Shown in pieces: positions 61,961 through 64,000 of a stretch of 64,000 nt of DNA. The notes below the pieces were generated by a model. It saw nothing but the letters and a program-made list of their open reading frames with translations. It was not told where the DNA came from and did no database searches. The position numbers and the translations under genes were made by a program. The DNA lies in the NCBI RefSeq assembly GCF_009914755.1, contig NC_060926.1; one strand, given 5' to 3'. The DNA is from the human T2T-CHM13v2.0 reference genome, Homo sapiens. Each line of letters begins with the position of its first letter. Within the stretch, counting starts at the first letter, position 1.

Positions 61961-62599
61961 GACCTTGCTATCAAAAGTGCATTTACTGCCCCCTTGGCAC
62001 ACGTATGTCTTACGAAGACATCTGGGGTACTTGCTCCTTCCTGCTCGACAGGTCCAACGTCACAGAACAGTGTGATGTCCTGAGGAGGCTCAAAAGAATC
62101 AAGATCCCTGCAGACCAGATTATGGCAAGAACAGAAAAAATCACATGGCCAGGGTATTACGCTGACTTCTTGAGAGCAAGGACTTCTTTCTCACCAAGTT
62201 GATTCATTTAGATTTGATATATAAAAATCACATGAATTCATTTTGTTAACAAGAATGTGATCCAAAAATGTCTTTTTCAAGTCAATGCTATTCTTCAGCA
62301 GCATCTGTTTAATTGAAAGCAAGTGAAGAAATCTGAATAATCGTGAATTCTCTGCCAGATGGCAATCATCACCCAAATTTGTGTTAGGCACCCATTATAC
62401 GAGTAGCAAATAAATGCATTCAGAGGGTCACTTTTCATTGAGCGACTAGTGCTTCAACTTTGCCCATCATAAGCAACTGTCAACAGTTCCGAGTGAGCCG
62501 AAGGCATTTATGACACTAGTTTGTGAGGCTATCTTGACTGCATTATTCTTTCCCTCACTGACCTGCGGCAGAGACTGCTAGTTGTCCCCAGACATATTA

Positions 62600-63420
62600 G
62601 TTAAGATGGGCTAAGTCATGTTGCAGTAAAAATTAACTTCAAATAAATCTCAGTGCTTTGATACAGTTCATGTTGCATGTAGATTGGCAGAGGCTCCATT
62701 CCCATTCAGTCTCTGAGGGATCCACGTCAGTGGAGGCTGCAGTGCCTTGTAGCTACATCTGGAACCTGTGGCTTCCTTGGCTGCCTTGGCAGGGGAGAGC
62801 TACTGGAGACTATAATCTTGTCACCACGTGTCACCTCCCGTCATAGCCAACTGGCTAGAACACACCAGATGGCCTCACTAATAGGTTCCATCTTTTGGTT
62901 CCCAGAAGGGGAGGGGAACCAGAACTTGATAGACACTTGAGTATCTACCATATCCAGTTCCTATTCTTCCCTTCTTGAATAGCAACAGAATTCTCGGTCG
63001 TTAGCTGGGCACGTGGCTGTCCCTCCCTCCTCTAAACACGACATTTCTAAGTCTAAGTGGCTAAACTGTGACCAATGGATGTCAGTTAAAAGTGTGGTCA
63101 CAACCTGCTGGAAGTGTCCTTAAGGACAGGAATTGTACCCTTCTTCTCCTTCTTCATCCTTCCTGCTGGCTAGCATGTAAATAATACGTACTATTATGGG
63201 GTGGGCTCCAGCAGCTCCCTTGGATTTTGAAGTGACCTTGGGAATGGAAGCCAAGCATGAAGAACCAATACCTGGAAGGGGCCTTGGTTCCTGACCTCTT
63301 GGAGAACAATACCAACTCGGGACTGTCTCCTTCCTAAATGTGTGAGAGAAATAAACTTCTGTCTTGTTTAAGCCACCGTTGTGTGTTGTGTGCAGCTGAA
63401 TTTAATCCTTACTAATATGG
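62600..63420. mobile_element. Old MLT1 LTR fragments (minus ~62600-62950, plus ~62960-63420)
   Basis: ggctaagtcatgttgcagtaa...; gagagaaataaacttctgtcttgtttaagccac...ttactaata. Confidence 0.6.
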
Positions 63421-63649
63421 AGCCCCAGTGTAAAGTCTGTTCCGGATTCTTTTCTCAATAAGTAATATCCCTCTTCCCCTTCCATGGTCGGAATCAACTG
63501 ATAGACATAAAAAGATAGAGGTAAAAATCTCCCTGCTATTACTAATAAAGCTGATGGGGATGTGGCTTTAGATTGGTGAGCAAAAGGGCTAGTTAGCACT
63601 TCCTCTTGAAATGGACAGATTATCTGCCTCTGTTACTGACCTAACTTAG

Positions 63650-63843
63650 GTCTCTTGGCCTCAGCACCATTGGCACGCTGGACCAGGTGACCGTCGCTGG
63701 GTTTATCCTGTACACTAGGTTTAGCAGCATCCCGTCCTCCACTCCTAGATGCCAACAGCACTCCAGTCATGATAATCAAAACTGTCTCCAGACATTGCCC
63801 AGTGTCCTCTGGGGAACAAAATGTCCCCAGCTGAGAACAACTG
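63650..63843 (+). mobile_element. MER20 hAT-Charlie MITE
   Basis: tttagcagcatcccgtcctccactcctagatgcca...ctccagacattgcc...tgagaacaactg. Confidence 0.85.
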
Positions 63844-64000
63844 GCATAACTGAACAATTGCAGGAGCCCCCCTCAGGTCAATCTAGATGCGTATCTCCAC
63901 AGGCAGGAAATTCCCGAACAGAGGAAAGCCAAAGCCACCAAGCCTTTCATGTCCAGTTCCCTTTTCCATACTCAGAGAAGCCACCCGCTTTGCTTCTAAA

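Overview
This is primate (very likely human) genomic DNA that is repeat-dense and apparently intergenic or intronic. I recognise no cellular protein-coding exon, RNA gene or CpG island. Most ORFs in the track are Alu/LTR read-throughs or chance frames. The window holds about 40 Alus and Alu fragments, MIR/L2/L1 remnants, MaLR (MLT1/MST) and ERVL/ERV1 solo LTRs, and several DNA transposon fossils. The main structures are five. (1) A 5'-deleted HERVH48 (HERV-Fb)-type provirus at 49550-51654, whose env N-terminus closely resembles suppressyn (ERVH48-1), fused directly to a truncated antisense Alu and ending in an intact MER48-like LTR. (2) An ancient two-LTR ERVL provirus (LTR16A-type, minus strand, 20797-26241) with PBS, RT and RNase H remnants, a near-intact TSD and nested insertions. 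(3) An L1PA insertion carrying a probable 3' transduction inside an 18-bp TSD (58024-58641). (4) A ~60-nt poly(A)-tailed retrocopy of an LTR R-region hairpin RNA (61742-61833). (5) Tandem perfect hairpins at 31080-31157 and a perfect 4x24-bp minisatellite at 55340-55435. Three perfect MEF2 sites hint at muscle-type enhancers. Repeat family names come from my recall of consensus sequences, not from database searches, and boundaries are approximate unless a TSD is quoted. I found no evidence for a wholly new biological system.
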